Source: Candidatus Bathyarchaeota archaeon (GTDB taxonomy: Archaea; Thermoproteota; Bathyarchaeia; 40CM-2-53-6). From it: a stretch of DNA of 64,000 bases. The stretch lies in assembly GCA_963733055.1 (NCBI GenBank), contig CAVTBR010000001.1, forward strand, positions 864,001-928,000. Direction: 5' to 3'. This document shows, piece after piece, positions 20,664 through 30,551 of this stretch; the first letter of the stretch is position 1; every line of letters starts with the position of its first letter. The notes under the pieces are model-generated. The model worked only from the letters and a program-made list of their open reading frames with translations. It was not told where the DNA came from and searched no databases. A program made the position numbers and the translations under genes.

Positions 20664-21023
20664 CTAGACTGTTGGGATAGACGTCCACATTCGTGTAAAA
20701 CGGTCCGAAACATGTTCATTAACTATTATCTCGATACGAACATCGCCATTTTCGAAGCCCACATCGATCCGCCGAAGAAGGCTTCTGTATAGGTCAAACC
20801 ATTTGCCGTCCGTTGTCCTGCCTGATTTAACTGCGGCTAGCAAACCTGCTTCCACGAGCTCCTCTATGCGCCTGTAAACTGTGGTTATCGGTATCTCATA
20901 CTTCTTGCTCAATTCGAGCGCGCTAATGGGTTCTTGAATTGTAGCCGTCAATATCTTCCTGGAATACTCGTCGGCCATAGCCGCAAGGATGCGTTGCTTT
21001 GACGGATCATCACTAACTATCAA
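20664..21023 (-). CDS. ArsR-like winged-helix transcriptional regulator
   Basis: DEYSRKIL......SA.ELS....IP.TTVYRRIEEL..AGLL. Confidence 0.88.
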   Translation of the reverse strand: MIVSDDPSKQRILAAMADEYSRKILTATIQEPISALELSKKYEIPITTVYRRIEELVEAGLLAAVKSGRTTDGKWFDLYRSLLRRIDVGFENGDVRIEIIVNEHVSDRFTRMWTSIPTV

Positions 21024-21120
21024 GGGTGCCCGATTCCGAACCGTGCCTCAAGTCACGATACATAACACTTTCCTAGACCTCCTAAATAACCAAATAAATT
21101 AGCCGCTCACTTCTCCATCC

Positions 21121-22296
21121 ATGTTCGAGAATGAGGGGAGATTCTTGCGGGTGGGCATAGTAGGGATAGGGCAAACGAAGTTCGGGAAGATTCCTGACAC
21201 TTCAAGCCGAGAACTTGTCGCTGAAGCTTTCAAGGCAGCGCTATCCGATGCTGGGATGGGAATGAAGGATATTTCGACTCTAATTGTTTGTTCGGGATCT
21301 CACTATGATAAGCAGCGGTCTCCTGCGGGGATTATGGCTGAATACTTAGGGCTTAACCCAATCCCCACGTTGCACGTAGAGGCGGCCTGTGCCTCTTCAG
21401 GCGTTGGGGTTAGGGTGGGTTGGTCCATGATTCAAGCCGGGTTGCACGATGTTGTTGCGGTTGTTGGCTTTCAGAAGATGACGGAACTCGACGCTGCAGA
21501 GGTGCAGGATGTAATGAGCAGGTCGGGGGATGTGATGTGGGAGTCTCCCTTCGGTCCGACTATGCCGGCGTATTATGCGATGCATGCTCGAGCGCACATG
21601 GACCGGTATGGGACAACCGAGGAACAGCTGGCGCTCGTATCGGTTAAGAACCACATGTATGGCGCTAAGAATCCGTACGCGATGTTCCAAAAGGAAATCA
21701 CAATCGACGATGTTCTAAAATCCCGAATCGTCGCAAGTCCACTCAAACTTTATGATTGCTGCGCAAACGCAGATGGCGCCGCGTGCATAATTCTAGCGGG
21801 TGAAAAGTTGGCACGGAAGTTCACGGACAGTCCGGTTTGGTTAGCAGGCTTAGGGCTCGCATCAAGTCCCATGTCTCTTACGAGTCGCAGCGAATTCGCG
21901 AGCTTCGAATGCAGCGTTCTCGCAGCCAAACAGGCTTACAAGATGGCTAAAGTGACCGCACGACAAATGGACGTAGCAGAAGTACACGACAGCTTCACCT
22001 CTGCGGAGATAATCAACTATGAGGATCTAGGATTCTGCAAACGCGGGGGAGGCGGGAGGTTCGTTGAGGAGGGGCAATCATACATTGGTGGAAAAATGCC
22101 GGTAAACGTCGACGGAGGATTACTAGCAAAGGGGCATCCTGTAGGTGCGACGGGAGCCGCTCACATAATCTCCATTGCAAAGCAGCTCCGCAACGAATCC
22201 AACGCTAGTCAGGTACCAAACGCGAAACTTGGCCTAGCTCACAACATCGGGGGAATCGGAATGTACGCTGTTTGCACGGTCCTTCGCGCGAACTAA
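21121..22296 (+). CDS. Archaeal-type thiolase (acetyl-CoA C-acyltransferase)
   Basis: VEAACASSG, EVHDSF, GHPVGATG and HNIGG; probable TTG start at 21145 after GAGGGG. Confidence 0.93.
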   Translation: MFENEGRFLRVGIVGIGQTKFGKIPDTSSRELVAEAFKAALSDAGMGMKDISTLIVCSGSHYDKQRSPAGIMAEYLGLNPIPTLHVEAACASSGVGVRVGWSMIQAGLHDVVAVVGFQKMTELDAAEVQDVMSRSGDVMWESPFGPTMPAYYAMHARAHMDRYGTTEEQLALVSVKNHMYGAKNPYAMFQKEITIDDVLKSRIVASPLKLYDCCANADGAACIILAGEKLARKFTDSPVWLAGLGLASSPMSLTSRSEFASFECSVLAAKQAYKMAKVTARQMDVAEVHDSFTSAEIINYEDLGFCKRGGGGRFVEEGQSYIGGKMPVNVDGGLLAKGHPVGATGAAHIISIAKQLRNESNASQVPNAKLGLAHNIGGIGMYAVCTVLRAN

Positions 22297-22306
22297 CCTT
22301 AACGGC

Positions 22307-22732
22307 ATGATGGTGCTGAAGTTGGGTTTTGAAAAATTCGGATGGGTTTCATTTGCAAGCCAAACGAGAGTCTCAAAATTCGTTGAGTACTTGGAGGCGG
22401 GTAAAATCACTGGTACGAAATGCCTAGAATGCGGTGCCATACAATTTCCGCCTCGGGCATATTGCCGTCAATGTCTCTCGTCTAACTTCGAATGGGAGAT
22501 ATTGTCGGGAGATTGTTCATTGATAACGTTCACAAAAGTAGATGCGGCTCCATCATCTTTCAAAGAACAAGCCCCATATTTACTAGGCTTAGGTCAATTT
22601 TCCGAAGGGCCTAAGGTCTTGGCATGGATCGATCAGAGAATTCCGATGGAGAATCTAAAACCGGGCACAAAACTGAAGCTTAAGCCTTCGAAGCTAGCAA
22701 ATGGAAACATTTCCTACGTCCTCACGAGCTAG
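22307..22732 (+). CDS. DUF35 Zn-ribbon/OB-fold thiolase partner
   Basis: CLECG..QFPPRAYC..C; directly follows the thiolase. Confidence 0.9.
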   Translation: MMVLKLGFEKFGWVSFASQTRVSKFVEYLEAGKITGTKCLECGAIQFPPRAYCRQCLSSNFEWEILSGDCSLITFTKVDAAPSSFKEQAPYLLGLGQFSEGPKVLAWIDQRIPMENLKPGTKLKLKPSKLANGNISYVLTS

Positions 22733-23036
22733 GTCGATGAGAGGGATCTCCTAGACAGTCGAAACTCCACACTACTTCGACAGCGTGTACCAGAACATCT
22801 CAGCTAAACTGGATGTCGATGTTCTTTCCCGTTACGGCAACAAGCAGGTAAATATTCATCGTCAAGTTCTGCGTCGTTTGCTGCCGGTTTTTCTTCTACC
22901 ACGAAGCCCTCTCTACAGTAGCCACAAATCAGATTAAAGCATTTGGGCCTTGTCCGCAGACGACTAGTTTTGTTATTTCGAACTCGATATGAGTCGATCC
23001 TGAGTACTTACTTTTGCTGCGAATTAATTTCTCAGG

Positions 23037-23408
23037 CTAGACTTCCTGAGTCCTTATTGATGTCCTCGGAGTTTCTCTTGTCACATAAACGAGTAGCCGG
23101 CCCCTCTTGTGGCCCCAATCGGTTATCCTGTAGAGCCTGTCGTCCAACTTTGCGGTGGACATGATGCCCAAAAGCCCCTCCAGCACGTAGCTGTGATATT
23201 TGGTGCCGACTAGATACCAGTACCCAGTAATCCCTAGCAAGAGAATTCCTAGGACATTCATCTTGCCGACAAAAACCAGTTTGTCTTTGTAGCGTTTTAT
23301 GAGAAGAAATCGTCCGGTAGTGATTTTCTCATAGACTAAGACGGGCACGCGGTTGTTGAATTGAGTCAGTTGCTCAAAAGTGGGCGACTGATCTTCCTCT
23401 CTGACCAT
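23037..23408 (-). CDS. Hypothetical membrane protein
   Basis: 123 aa with one central hydrophobic segment. Confidence 0.5.
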   Translation of the reverse strand: MVREEDQSPTFEQLTQFNNRVPVLVYEKITTGRFLLIKRYKDKLVFVGKMNVLGILLLGITGYWYLVGTKYHSYVLEGLLGIMSTAKLDDRLYRITDWGHKRGRLLVYVTRETPRTSIRTQEV

Positions 23409-23549
23409 TATTCACGTTTAGAGCGAAATAAAGCCTACTCCACCTGGAGCCCATGGGTCGCGGCATATGGTTTTGGGAAACCTCGCATCGGACGTGGTTG
23501 CTTGTAACATATAGCTCTGTAAACCCCAGATGGATGGTGGTCTACCTAT

Positions 23550-24320
23550 ATGGCGAAGATATCAGGTAAAGTTGCGATAATTACGGGAGCAAGCGGCGGC
23601 ATTGGGCGCGCCACCGCCTTGGAGTTCGCGAGAGAGGGTGCAGACCTAGTCCTTCAGTACAACTCCAATCGGACTGCGGCGGAGAAGGTTGCACGTGAAA
23701 TAAACTCCCTCGGTCGCGAGGCACTGCTTTCTCAAGTCAACTTCGCAGAAATTAAGGGGTCTCCCCACCAGGTCAGGGAGATGGCTGAGGTTGCGGTTGG
23801 CAAGTATGGGAAAGTGGATTTTCTAGTAAACCTAGCGGGCTACCCCGCAAGGGGGGAATGGAATCGACGTTTTCTAGAGCTATCACCTAACGACTTCTTC
23901 AAACCTATCAACGTGGACCTGTTCGGATCCTTTCTCTGTGCGCAGGCCCTTGCGCCGCAATTTCAGAAACAAAAGAAGGGAGTAATCGTGAACGTTAGCT
24001 CAACACCTGCTTTGGGCGGACACGATAAGGGGTTTGCATTCACGGTAGCTAAGGCGGGCATTATTGGGTTGACGAAAGCGCTTGCCGTTGAGCTTGCACC
24101 ATACGTTCGAGTAAACACAGTAGCGCTCGGAAACGTTGAAACAGAATGGGTAACAGAACTGACGGCGGAAGAGTTGGAAAGGGAGAAACGTGAGAATCTC
24201 ATCAACCGATTCGGGAAACCTGAAGAGATTGCTAAGATTCTTACGTTCCTTTGTTCAGACGATTCGACATTCATAAACGGGCAAACGGTCGTGTTGGACG
24301 GCGGAAGTATACTTCACTAG
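23550..24320 (+). CDS. Short-chain dehydrogenase/reductase (FabG-like), with FxxxK instead of YxxxK
   Basis: TGASGGIG, VNLAG, NVSS and FINGQTVVLDGG. Confidence 0.9.
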   Translation: MAKISGKVAIITGASGGIGRATALEFAREGADLVLQYNSNRTAAEKVAREINSLGREALLSQVNFAEIKGSPHQVREMAEVAVGKYGKVDFLVNLAGYPARGEWNRRFLELSPNDFFKPINVDLFGSFLCAQALAPQFQKQKKGVIVNVSSTPALGGHDKGFAFTVAKAGIIGLTKALAVELAPYVRVNTVALGNVETEWVTELTAEELEREKRENLINRFGKPEEIAKILTFLCSDDSTFINGQTVVLDGGSILH

Positions 24321-24423
24321 TTTCCATAGGGTGGTTCACAAAACATTGGACTATACATCACAGTGGTGAGCTGGACTAACTTGAGTTCGGAATCCTTAAA
24401 GGAGCATTTCCTTTCCACCTAGA

Positions 24424-25419
24424 ATGGGATCCATGTCAAAGACAAATGCGGAACCGAACATTTTTCCGGGCAACTGGACTGTTAAGACGCAACAGTTGCT
24501 TCGCACGTACGAACAGTCTTTTGTTCAAGACTGGAACCCCGTCACATTGTCCTGGGACACACTAGATCCCACAGGCTTAGACACAAAGGAACGCGTTGCG
24601 CAAGCGTATTGGATGGCGAAGCTTGCGCTATTCGAGAAATCAGGAATCGCAGCGTTCGGAACGGCGATGTTGAAGGCGGCTATGTATGATATGGAAGATC
24701 CAACCAAGAAGTTTCTCGCCGCGGTAACATTCGATGAATGCAGACACGACGAAGTTTGCAGGCGCGCTTGCAACAAGCTCTGCCCGAACTTCCCATACAA
24801 GTACAACGCAACGACTGACTTCGAAAAGATGGCGTTGAAGAACATCACTGCTCTTTACGACAACGGAAGGAGGTACTGGGACGGGTTCATGAAAGCTTGG
24901 GACAAATATCCATTGGAGCTGATATTCTCAAGCTTCTTCTTCGCGGAGATAGGAGCTCAACTTATCTTCAATACAGTGAGTGAACTTTCAAAAATCAAAC
25001 TCTACAAAGAAGCGTTTCAAAACGTGACGGTGGACGAATCACGACACCTAGCCGGAACATTATCCCTCCTTGACAACCTCGCCAAAGACTTCAAGTCCGA
25101 TCAGAAATTGATGATAACACGACAGATGAAACACGGCTTCATCTTCCTCTCTCCCCTACTCTACCACCCGTTGCCCATATTCTGGCATTTGCCAAAAGAC
25201 TTCGATAAGATCGACACGGAAATGGAGGAAGTTGCAAGAGACTCAGGTCTAGGAGTGCCTTCCATCGACGAAAAAACGAACGGCTGGCGTAAGGCAATTC
25301 AGAGGCGTAGAGAACAGATCGAGAAACTGGGCATTCCTGTTCCTGCCATCCCTGAAATTGGCTTGGAAGGCGCAGAAGTTGACGTACGAGCTGACGAACC
25401 CGTGGCCACCCCATTCTAG
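24424..25419 (+). CDS. Ferritin-like diiron-carboxylate protein of unknown function
   Basis: E...DECRH...E...DESRH ligand set (LFEKSG, DECRHDE, FAEIGA, DESRH). Confidence 0.8.
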   Translation: MGSMSKTNAEPNIFPGNWTVKTQQLLRTYEQSFVQDWNPVTLSWDTLDPTGLDTKERVAQAYWMAKLALFEKSGIAAFGTAMLKAAMYDMEDPTKKFLAAVTFDECRHDEVCRRACNKLCPNFPYKYNATTDFEKMALKNITALYDNGRRYWDGFMKAWDKYPLELIFSSFFFAEIGAQLIFNTVSELSKIKLYKEAFQNVTVDESRHLAGTLSLLDNLAKDFKSDQKLMITRQMKHGFIFLSPLLYHPLPIFWHLPKDFDKIDTEMEEVARDSGLGVPSIDEKTNGWRKAIQRRREQIEKLGIPVPAIPEIGLEGAEVDVRADEPVATPF

Positions 25420-25425
25420 GAGTAA

Positions 25426-26292
25426 CTACTTTCCTCTAAAAACCGGCCTTCTTTTTTCGAAGAAAGCGCGGACAGCTTCAAGATGATCGGATGTTGCGCC
25501 CGCGATCTCTTGCAAATAACTCTCATACTCCAGAACCGTTTCCAAGTCGGTAGAGATTGATTTGTTCAACGCTCGCTTGGTAAGGGCGATCGCTCTCGTA
25601 GGGCCTTGAGATAATTTAGCGGCGAGTTCCCTCGAAACTATCATCACCTGGTCTGTTGGAACAACTTTTGAGACCAATCCTAGGCGTTCCGCGTCTTTGG
25701 CCGTGAGCTCGTCTCCCGTCAAAGACAGCTCTAGCGCCTTCGCAAAGCCCACCAGTCTAGGAAGGAAGAAGCTAGTGCCGGAGTCCGGTGCAAGGCCAAC
25801 GCGAATGAATGCTTGAATGAACTTTGCGTTTTCTGCAGCTATCCGAAAGTCGCATGAGTATGCGATTCCTGCTCCGGCACCCGCAGCCACACCATTCACC
25901 GCTGCGATGACTGGCTTGGGCATTTGGCGGATGCGCCGAATGATCGGGTTGTATTTGTAATGAAGCCTCTCACCAAGTCTAGGATTCTCGCCCCTCTCAT
26001 ACTGCCCACGCAGGTCTTGAATGTCCTCTCCGGCGGAGAAGGCTCTGCCTTTGCCCGTTATGATAACTGAACGCACTTCCTCGTCTTTGGAGGTGACTTT
26101 CAGGGCGTCCAAGAATTCCTGTCCCATTCTTTCGTTTACAGCGTTGAGCACTTCTGGCCTGTTGAGTGTTATTGTACTGATGTTCTCGGATTTTTCATAA
26201 AGGATTGCCTGATAAGGTTGGCTCGTTTGCGATCCCTCATCGTCAAGTAGGGTTCTGTTGTTTGTTGACACGCGGTTGAATGAGTGTGGCAA
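25426..26292 (-). CDS. Enoyl-CoA hydratase/isomerase, PaaG-like
   Basis: TLNRPEVLNA, AFSAGED, AVNGVAAGAG and QAFIRVGLAPDSG (Asp-type site); true start probably near 26226. Confidence 0.88.
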   Translation of the reverse strand: MPHSFNRVSTNNRTLLDDEGSQTSQPYQAILYEKSENISTITLNRPEVLNAVNERMGQEFLDALKVTSKDEEVRSVIITGKGRAFSAGEDIQDLRGQYERGENPRLGERLHYKYNPIIRRIRQMPKPVIAAVNGVAAGAGAGIAYSCDFRIAAENAKFIQAFIRVGLAPDSGTSFFLPRLVGFAKALELSLTGDELTAKDAERLGLVSKVVPTDQVMIVSRELAAKLSQGPTRAIALTKRALNKSISTDLETVLEYESYLQEIAGATSDHLEAVRAFFEKRRPVFRGK

Positions 26293-26533
26293 GTACTGGG
26301 CCGAGCAGCAACGCGAGGAAGAGCAGAAAAACGGCGGTAGCGCCCACTTTTATCACAACATCACTCGACGTGAGTGTGTAGTTACATTTCAAGCCTCCTA
26401 GAAATGGAGTACCCTGAAGACAATTCAGCAGACCAACCAGTCCAACCAAGGCAATCGCTGAGCCAATAAAGGTGATTTCAAAAATCCGGCGGTTCAATCT
26501 ATTTCCCTTTGAAGGTTGGTTTTCGCTTCTCAA
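26243..26533 (-). CDS. Small 2-TM protein
   Basis: Two hydrophobic helices with a Cys pair in the loop; lies between the two crotonase genes. Confidence 0.55.
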   Translation of the reverse strand: MRSENQPSKGNRLNRRIFEITFIGSAIALVGLVGLLNCLQGTPFLGGLKCNYTLTSSDVVIKVGATAVFLLFLALLLGPVLATLIQPRVNKQQNPT

Positions 26534-27272
26534 GGAAAGCCTTCATGCCCTCCTTTCCATCCTCGGTTGCGAACAGCATGTAGAACGCCTTTCGTTCAAA
26601 TTCCAATCCAACTTCAAGGGTCGTGTCCTGTGCCCTCAAGATCGCTTCTTTGGCGGATCGGATTGAGATTGGAGGTTTTGACGCTATGTCGGTGGCCAGC
26701 TTCTTAGCTTCCTCCATCAAGCTTTCCGGGGGAACTACATGATTGACCAAACCAATCCTGTACGCTTCGTCCGCCGAGATAGACTTGCCCGTCAGAATCA
26801 TTTCCATCGCCTTGTATTTTCCAACAACGCGCGGTAAGCGTTGCGTCCCACCTGCACCCGGAATAATCCCAACGTTTACTTCTGGTTGACCGAACGTTGC
26901 AGTTTCAGAGGCGACAACAAGGTCACAATTCATAGCTAGCTCATTTCCGCCTCCTAGGCAGTAACCGTTCACAGCCGCTATGATGGGCTTCGAGACTTTC
27001 CTGATCCGATCCCACAACTCAAACCTTCGACCAAGCACTAGGTCAACAGGTGTAGCGAGCGACATTTCCGCCAAGTCCGCTCCGGCCGCGAAGGCCCTTT
27101 CGCCGCCCGTCAGAATAATCACTTTGATGGTTGCCTCTCTATCCAATTCCTCAAGCGCGTTTACCAGTTCCGTCATGAGCTCGAAATTAAGGGCGTTCAT
27201 AACCTTCGGGCGATTCAATTGAATTATTCCAATAGCGCCCTCTTTCGTGACCAATATGCTCTGGTAACTCAA
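26499..27272 (-). CDS. Enoyl-CoA hydratase, PaaF/crotonase-like
   Basis: AFAAGAD, GGGNELAM and GQPEVNVGIIPGAGGTQRL (both catalytic Glu). Confidence 0.93.
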   Translation of the reverse strand: MSYQSILVTKEGAIGIIQLNRPKVMNALNFELMTELVNALEELDREATIKVIILTGGERAFAAGADLAEMSLATPVDLVLGRRFELWDRIRKVSKPIIAAVNGYCLGGGNELAMNCDLVVASETATFGQPEVNVGIIPGAGGTQRLPRVVGKYKAMEMILTGKSISADEAYRIGLVNHVVPPESLMEEAKKLATDIASKPPISIRSAKEAILRAQDTTLEVGLEFERKAFYMLFATEDGKEGMKAFLEKRKPTFKGK

Positions 27273-27476
27273 AACGCGTCTCCGACCATGACGTATTACG
27301 TCTGAACTTAAGCTTCACGAATGCCCGCGAATATCGATTCGCAATTCGCGCCTAATTGATCTTGGAACCAAGAGTCCATTTCCAAATAATCTATAGCTGG
27401 TATATAACGAACGTTAAATAGAGCCCAAAACAAGCAGGAAAAGTTCTCCACTTGAACGCGAGTGTGATTACAGAAT

Positions 27477-28640
27477 TTGAGTTCCACACGACCCCCTTGG
27501 ACGATGAGAGCCGATCTCTCCGAAGCGCCTGTCTTCGTTTGCTGGGAAACAACCAAGGCATGCCTCCTCTCGTGCAGGCATTGTAGAGCGAAAGCGATCA
27601 GAAGTCGGATGCCAGGTGAACTAGATTATCAACAGGGGTTGAAACTCATCGACCAGCTTGTGGATTTTGGCGAACCTTACCCTGCCCTTCTACTTACGGG
27701 GGGCGACCCACTTATGCGGGACGACATCTTCGACTTAATCGATTACGCGAAGAGCAAATCCATCTACGTCGCTCTGGCGGCTAGCGTGACGCCGAAACTA
27801 AACGAGACTACAATTTCTAGAATGAAGAAGATGGGTGTTGATATCATATCGGTCAGCCTCGACGGTGCCTCGCCCGAAACTCACGATAGGCTACGTGGAA
27901 TCAGGGGTACATGGCAAAAGACGATTCAAGCGATGCAATCTGCGAAGGACGCAGGGTTGAGGGCACAAATCAATACAACAGTAATGAGGAGTAACATCAA
28001 CGAGTTGCCGGAAATCTTTCACATTGTTAGGCAGAGTGGAGCGGTCGCCTGGGAAGTATTTTTCCTAATTCGAACAGGCCGCGGAGCATCGCTTGAAAGT
28101 CTTGAGGCAACGGAATGTGAAGAAGTTATGCACTTTCTTTTCGACGCGGCACATTATGGGGTGCCTGTACAAACCGCGGAAGGGCCCAACTTCAGAAGAA
28201 TACGTGCCGAACGAGGAAACGGGCGCGCTCCTCCGAGCGGCAACCTCTATCGAAATCTCACTGTTAGATTGCGAACACTTGAAGGACAACCCACGAGTTC
28301 GCCTTCCCTGAAGTCTACTCCTACAAGGGATGGAAGGGGAATTCTCTTTGTAACCTACGACGGAGAGGTTTATCCAAGTGGTTTTCTACCCATAAGCACA
28401 GGCAGAGTCCCAGAGGAAAAGCTCACCGCAATCTACCGGTCGAATTCAATATTCACCGCGTTAAGGGATTCTTCGAAGTTGAAAGGACGCTGTGGCGCTT
28501 GCGAATACAAGGAGATTTGTGGCGGCTCACGGTCTAGGGCATTCGCCGAATTTGGCGATCCGCTTGAAGAAGATCCCGCTTGCCCCTACACTCCACACTC
28601 AGAACAATTTACACCAATGCAAACGACTGTTTTGAGTTGA
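27477..28640 (+). CDS. Radical SAM/SPASM protein (TIGR04053-like; NirJ/AhbC/AhbD group)
   Basis: WETTKACLLSCRHCRA, TGGDPLMR, VSLDG and a SPASM tail CGACEY..ICGGSR..A...DP.C; first gene of the heme operon. Confidence 0.85.
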   Translation: MSSTRPPWTMRADLSEAPVFVCWETTKACLLSCRHCRAKAIRSRMPGELDYQQGLKLIDQLVDFGEPYPALLLTGGDPLMRDDIFDLIDYAKSKSIYVALAASVTPKLNETTISRMKKMGVDIISVSLDGASPETHDRLRGIRGTWQKTIQAMQSAKDAGLRAQINTTVMRSNINELPEIFHIVRQSGAVAWEVFFLIRTGRGASLESLEATECEEVMHFLFDAAHYGVPVQTAEGPNFRRIRAERGNGRAPPSGNLYRNLTVRLRTLEGQPTSSPSLKSTPTRDGRGILFVTYDGEVYPSGFLPISTGRVPEEKLTAIYRSNSIFTALRDSSKLKGRCGACEYKEICGGSRSRAFAEFGDPLEEDPACPYTPHSEQFTPMQTTVLS

Positions 28641-28645
28641 CCCAA

Positions 28646-29233
28646 ATGTCCACGGTTACTCAAGAGCAACACATACTCGAGGTGGCGAAAGAACTATTCA
28701 CTCAACGTGGGTTCTCAAATGTTGCAATGCGTGCCATATGTAGAGCCGCTGACGTCACTCCCCCTACAGTCTACTATTATTTCAAGAACAAAGAAGCCCT
28801 GTTTGATGCGGTTGTACGCGAAAGCGTAAGCATGACAGGCTTCATCACCAAGTTAAACGGAGAATGCGAAAAAGCCGAAGGGCCGAGTGCACAGATACAC
28901 GCCTTCGCAAGCAACTACCTAGCCCACTTTCCTAAAGATCACTTGAACGTTGGTCTATACGTTAGGCATTCGACGGAGGAACTTGATTCAGTTGGACGAA
29001 AAACCTTGACTGCCGACCTAGCCAGAATACAATCCGTGCTCAACACTATTGTTGAGAAAGGAATCGAGTCAGGCGAGTTTCGTAAAACTGATCCTAGAAT
29101 GGCCGCTGAATGCCTTCTAGGTATGATGAATCGTTTCGTTTTTCAACAGATACATTTCAGACGCAACTACAAACCGACAGAAGCCGCAGCGTACCTATCC
29201 GAATTCTTCCTCCTCGCAATGAAACCGACATAA
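28646..29233 (+). CDS. TetR/AcrR family regulator
   Basis: ILEVAKELF...GF.....AI.....V...TVYYYFKNKEAL; start re-placed at ATG 28646. Confidence 0.92.
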   Translation: MSTVTQEQHILEVAKELFTQRGFSNVAMRAICRAADVTPPTVYYYFKNKEALFDAVVRESVSMTGFITKLNGECEKAEGPSAQIHAFASNYLAHFPKDHLNVGLYVRHSTEELDSVGRKTLTADLARIQSVLNTIVEKGIESGEFRKTDPRMAAECLLGMMNRFVFQQIHFRRNYKPTEAAAYLSEFFLLAMKPT

Positions 29234-29246
29234 CGGTTCAATACAG

Positions 29247-30551
29247 GTGAGCACACTGTCGAACGCTTCGAATCGAAGACTTACATTGGTAGGCACCAAC
29301 CACAAACACACGCCCATAGGCGTGCGAGAACGCCTCTGGTGTCCTCCAGGGAAGCTGCCCGACCGTCTCAGGTCAACCATTAATCAAGCGGGTATCGGGG
29401 AGGTCGTGATATTGTCAACCTGCAATAGAACAGAAATCTACGCCGTATCTTCCTCAGACCGTGATGCCTCGAAGGACATTAAGAAAACAATGAGTGAGTG
29501 GAGCGGTATTCAACCCTCAGATATCGAACAGTACACATATGCTGTAACTGACGGGAACGCCGTAGAGCATTTGATCTCTGTAGCCTCGGGCCTCGACTCT
29601 TTGGCTGTAGGAGAGCAACAGATCCAAGAGCAAGTAAAGAAAGCCTTCAGAATCGCGAACCAGACACAAACCATCGGACCTTTTCTGTCAGAACTCTTCC
29701 GCCACGCTTACAGAGCCGCAAACAGCATTAGAAACCTGAGCGGCCTAGATTCAGAGCGAGTTTCAGTAAGCTCCGCCGTTACCCTGATGTTGAAGCAGTT
29801 ATCACGAAAGCAACCCATTCAAACCATCCTACTAGTCGGTGCAGGTAAGATGATCTCTCTCGCAGCCGAAGACTTATCCGCGTTTCCAGGAGTCGAGGTG
29901 TGGGTTGCGAACAGGACCGTGGAACGCGCGCAAGATCTTGCATCGCAGATTTCAGGCAAAGCCATAGGACTAGAACACATTCCGAAGATGCTTCAGAAAG
30001 CGGATGTTGTTCTCACCTGCATATCCTCCGCAGATTACATAATAAGCGCCGATACTCTTCGGGAAGCTATATCCAAACGCAACGGCAAGGAACTCACCGT
30101 TATCGATGTCGGTGTGCCGCGCAACGTAAACCCAGACTCGGCCCTTATTCCTGGGCTGCAGCTGTACAATATCGATGACCTAGCACCCTTCATAGAAAAT
30201 CAGAAGAAAGCATACCAAGCGAAGATTACGGAGGCTGAGGAGCTCGCACGCAAACAAGTAGAAAGTTTCGACACTCATATGCGAGCCTACGAAGCCAATG
30301 ATACCCTAAGGGATCTAAGGAGAGTCGCCGAGGATATCCGTGAAGAGGAGCTGTCGAGAGCGCTAAGAAAACTTGGCGATATACCAAGTCGCGAAAAAAC
30401 CATAGTTGAACTGTTGACACGTCGAATAGTAAACAAGCTACTGTACGAGCCAACCGTTCGGTTAAGGGAACATGCATCAAACGGCGATGGCGAAACCTTC
30501 CAAGCCATGATCCGAGAACTCTTCGGTATAGGACGGCAAAGCGAAGAGTGA
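29247..30551 (+). CDS. hemA: Glutamyl-tRNA reductase
   Basis: STCNRTEIY, SGLDS..VGE.QI, GAGKM and DVGVPRNV. Confidence 0.96.
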   Translation: MSTLSNASNRRLTLVGTNHKHTPIGVRERLWCPPGKLPDRLRSTINQAGIGEVVILSTCNRTEIYAVSSSDRDASKDIKKTMSEWSGIQPSDIEQYTYAVTDGNAVEHLISVASGLDSLAVGEQQIQEQVKKAFRIANQTQTIGPFLSELFRHAYRAANSIRNLSGLDSERVSVSSAVTLMLKQLSRKQPIQTILLVGAGKMISLAAEDLSAFPGVEVWVANRTVERAQDLASQISGKAIGLEHIPKMLQKADVVLTCISSADYIISADTLREAISKRNGKELTVIDVGVPRNVNPDSALIPGLQLYNIDDLAPFIENQKKAYQAKITEAEELARKQVESFDTHMRAYEANDTLRDLRRVAEDIREEELSRALRKLGDIPSREKTIVELLTRRIVNKLLYEPTVRLREHASNGDGETFQAMIRELFGIGRQSEE

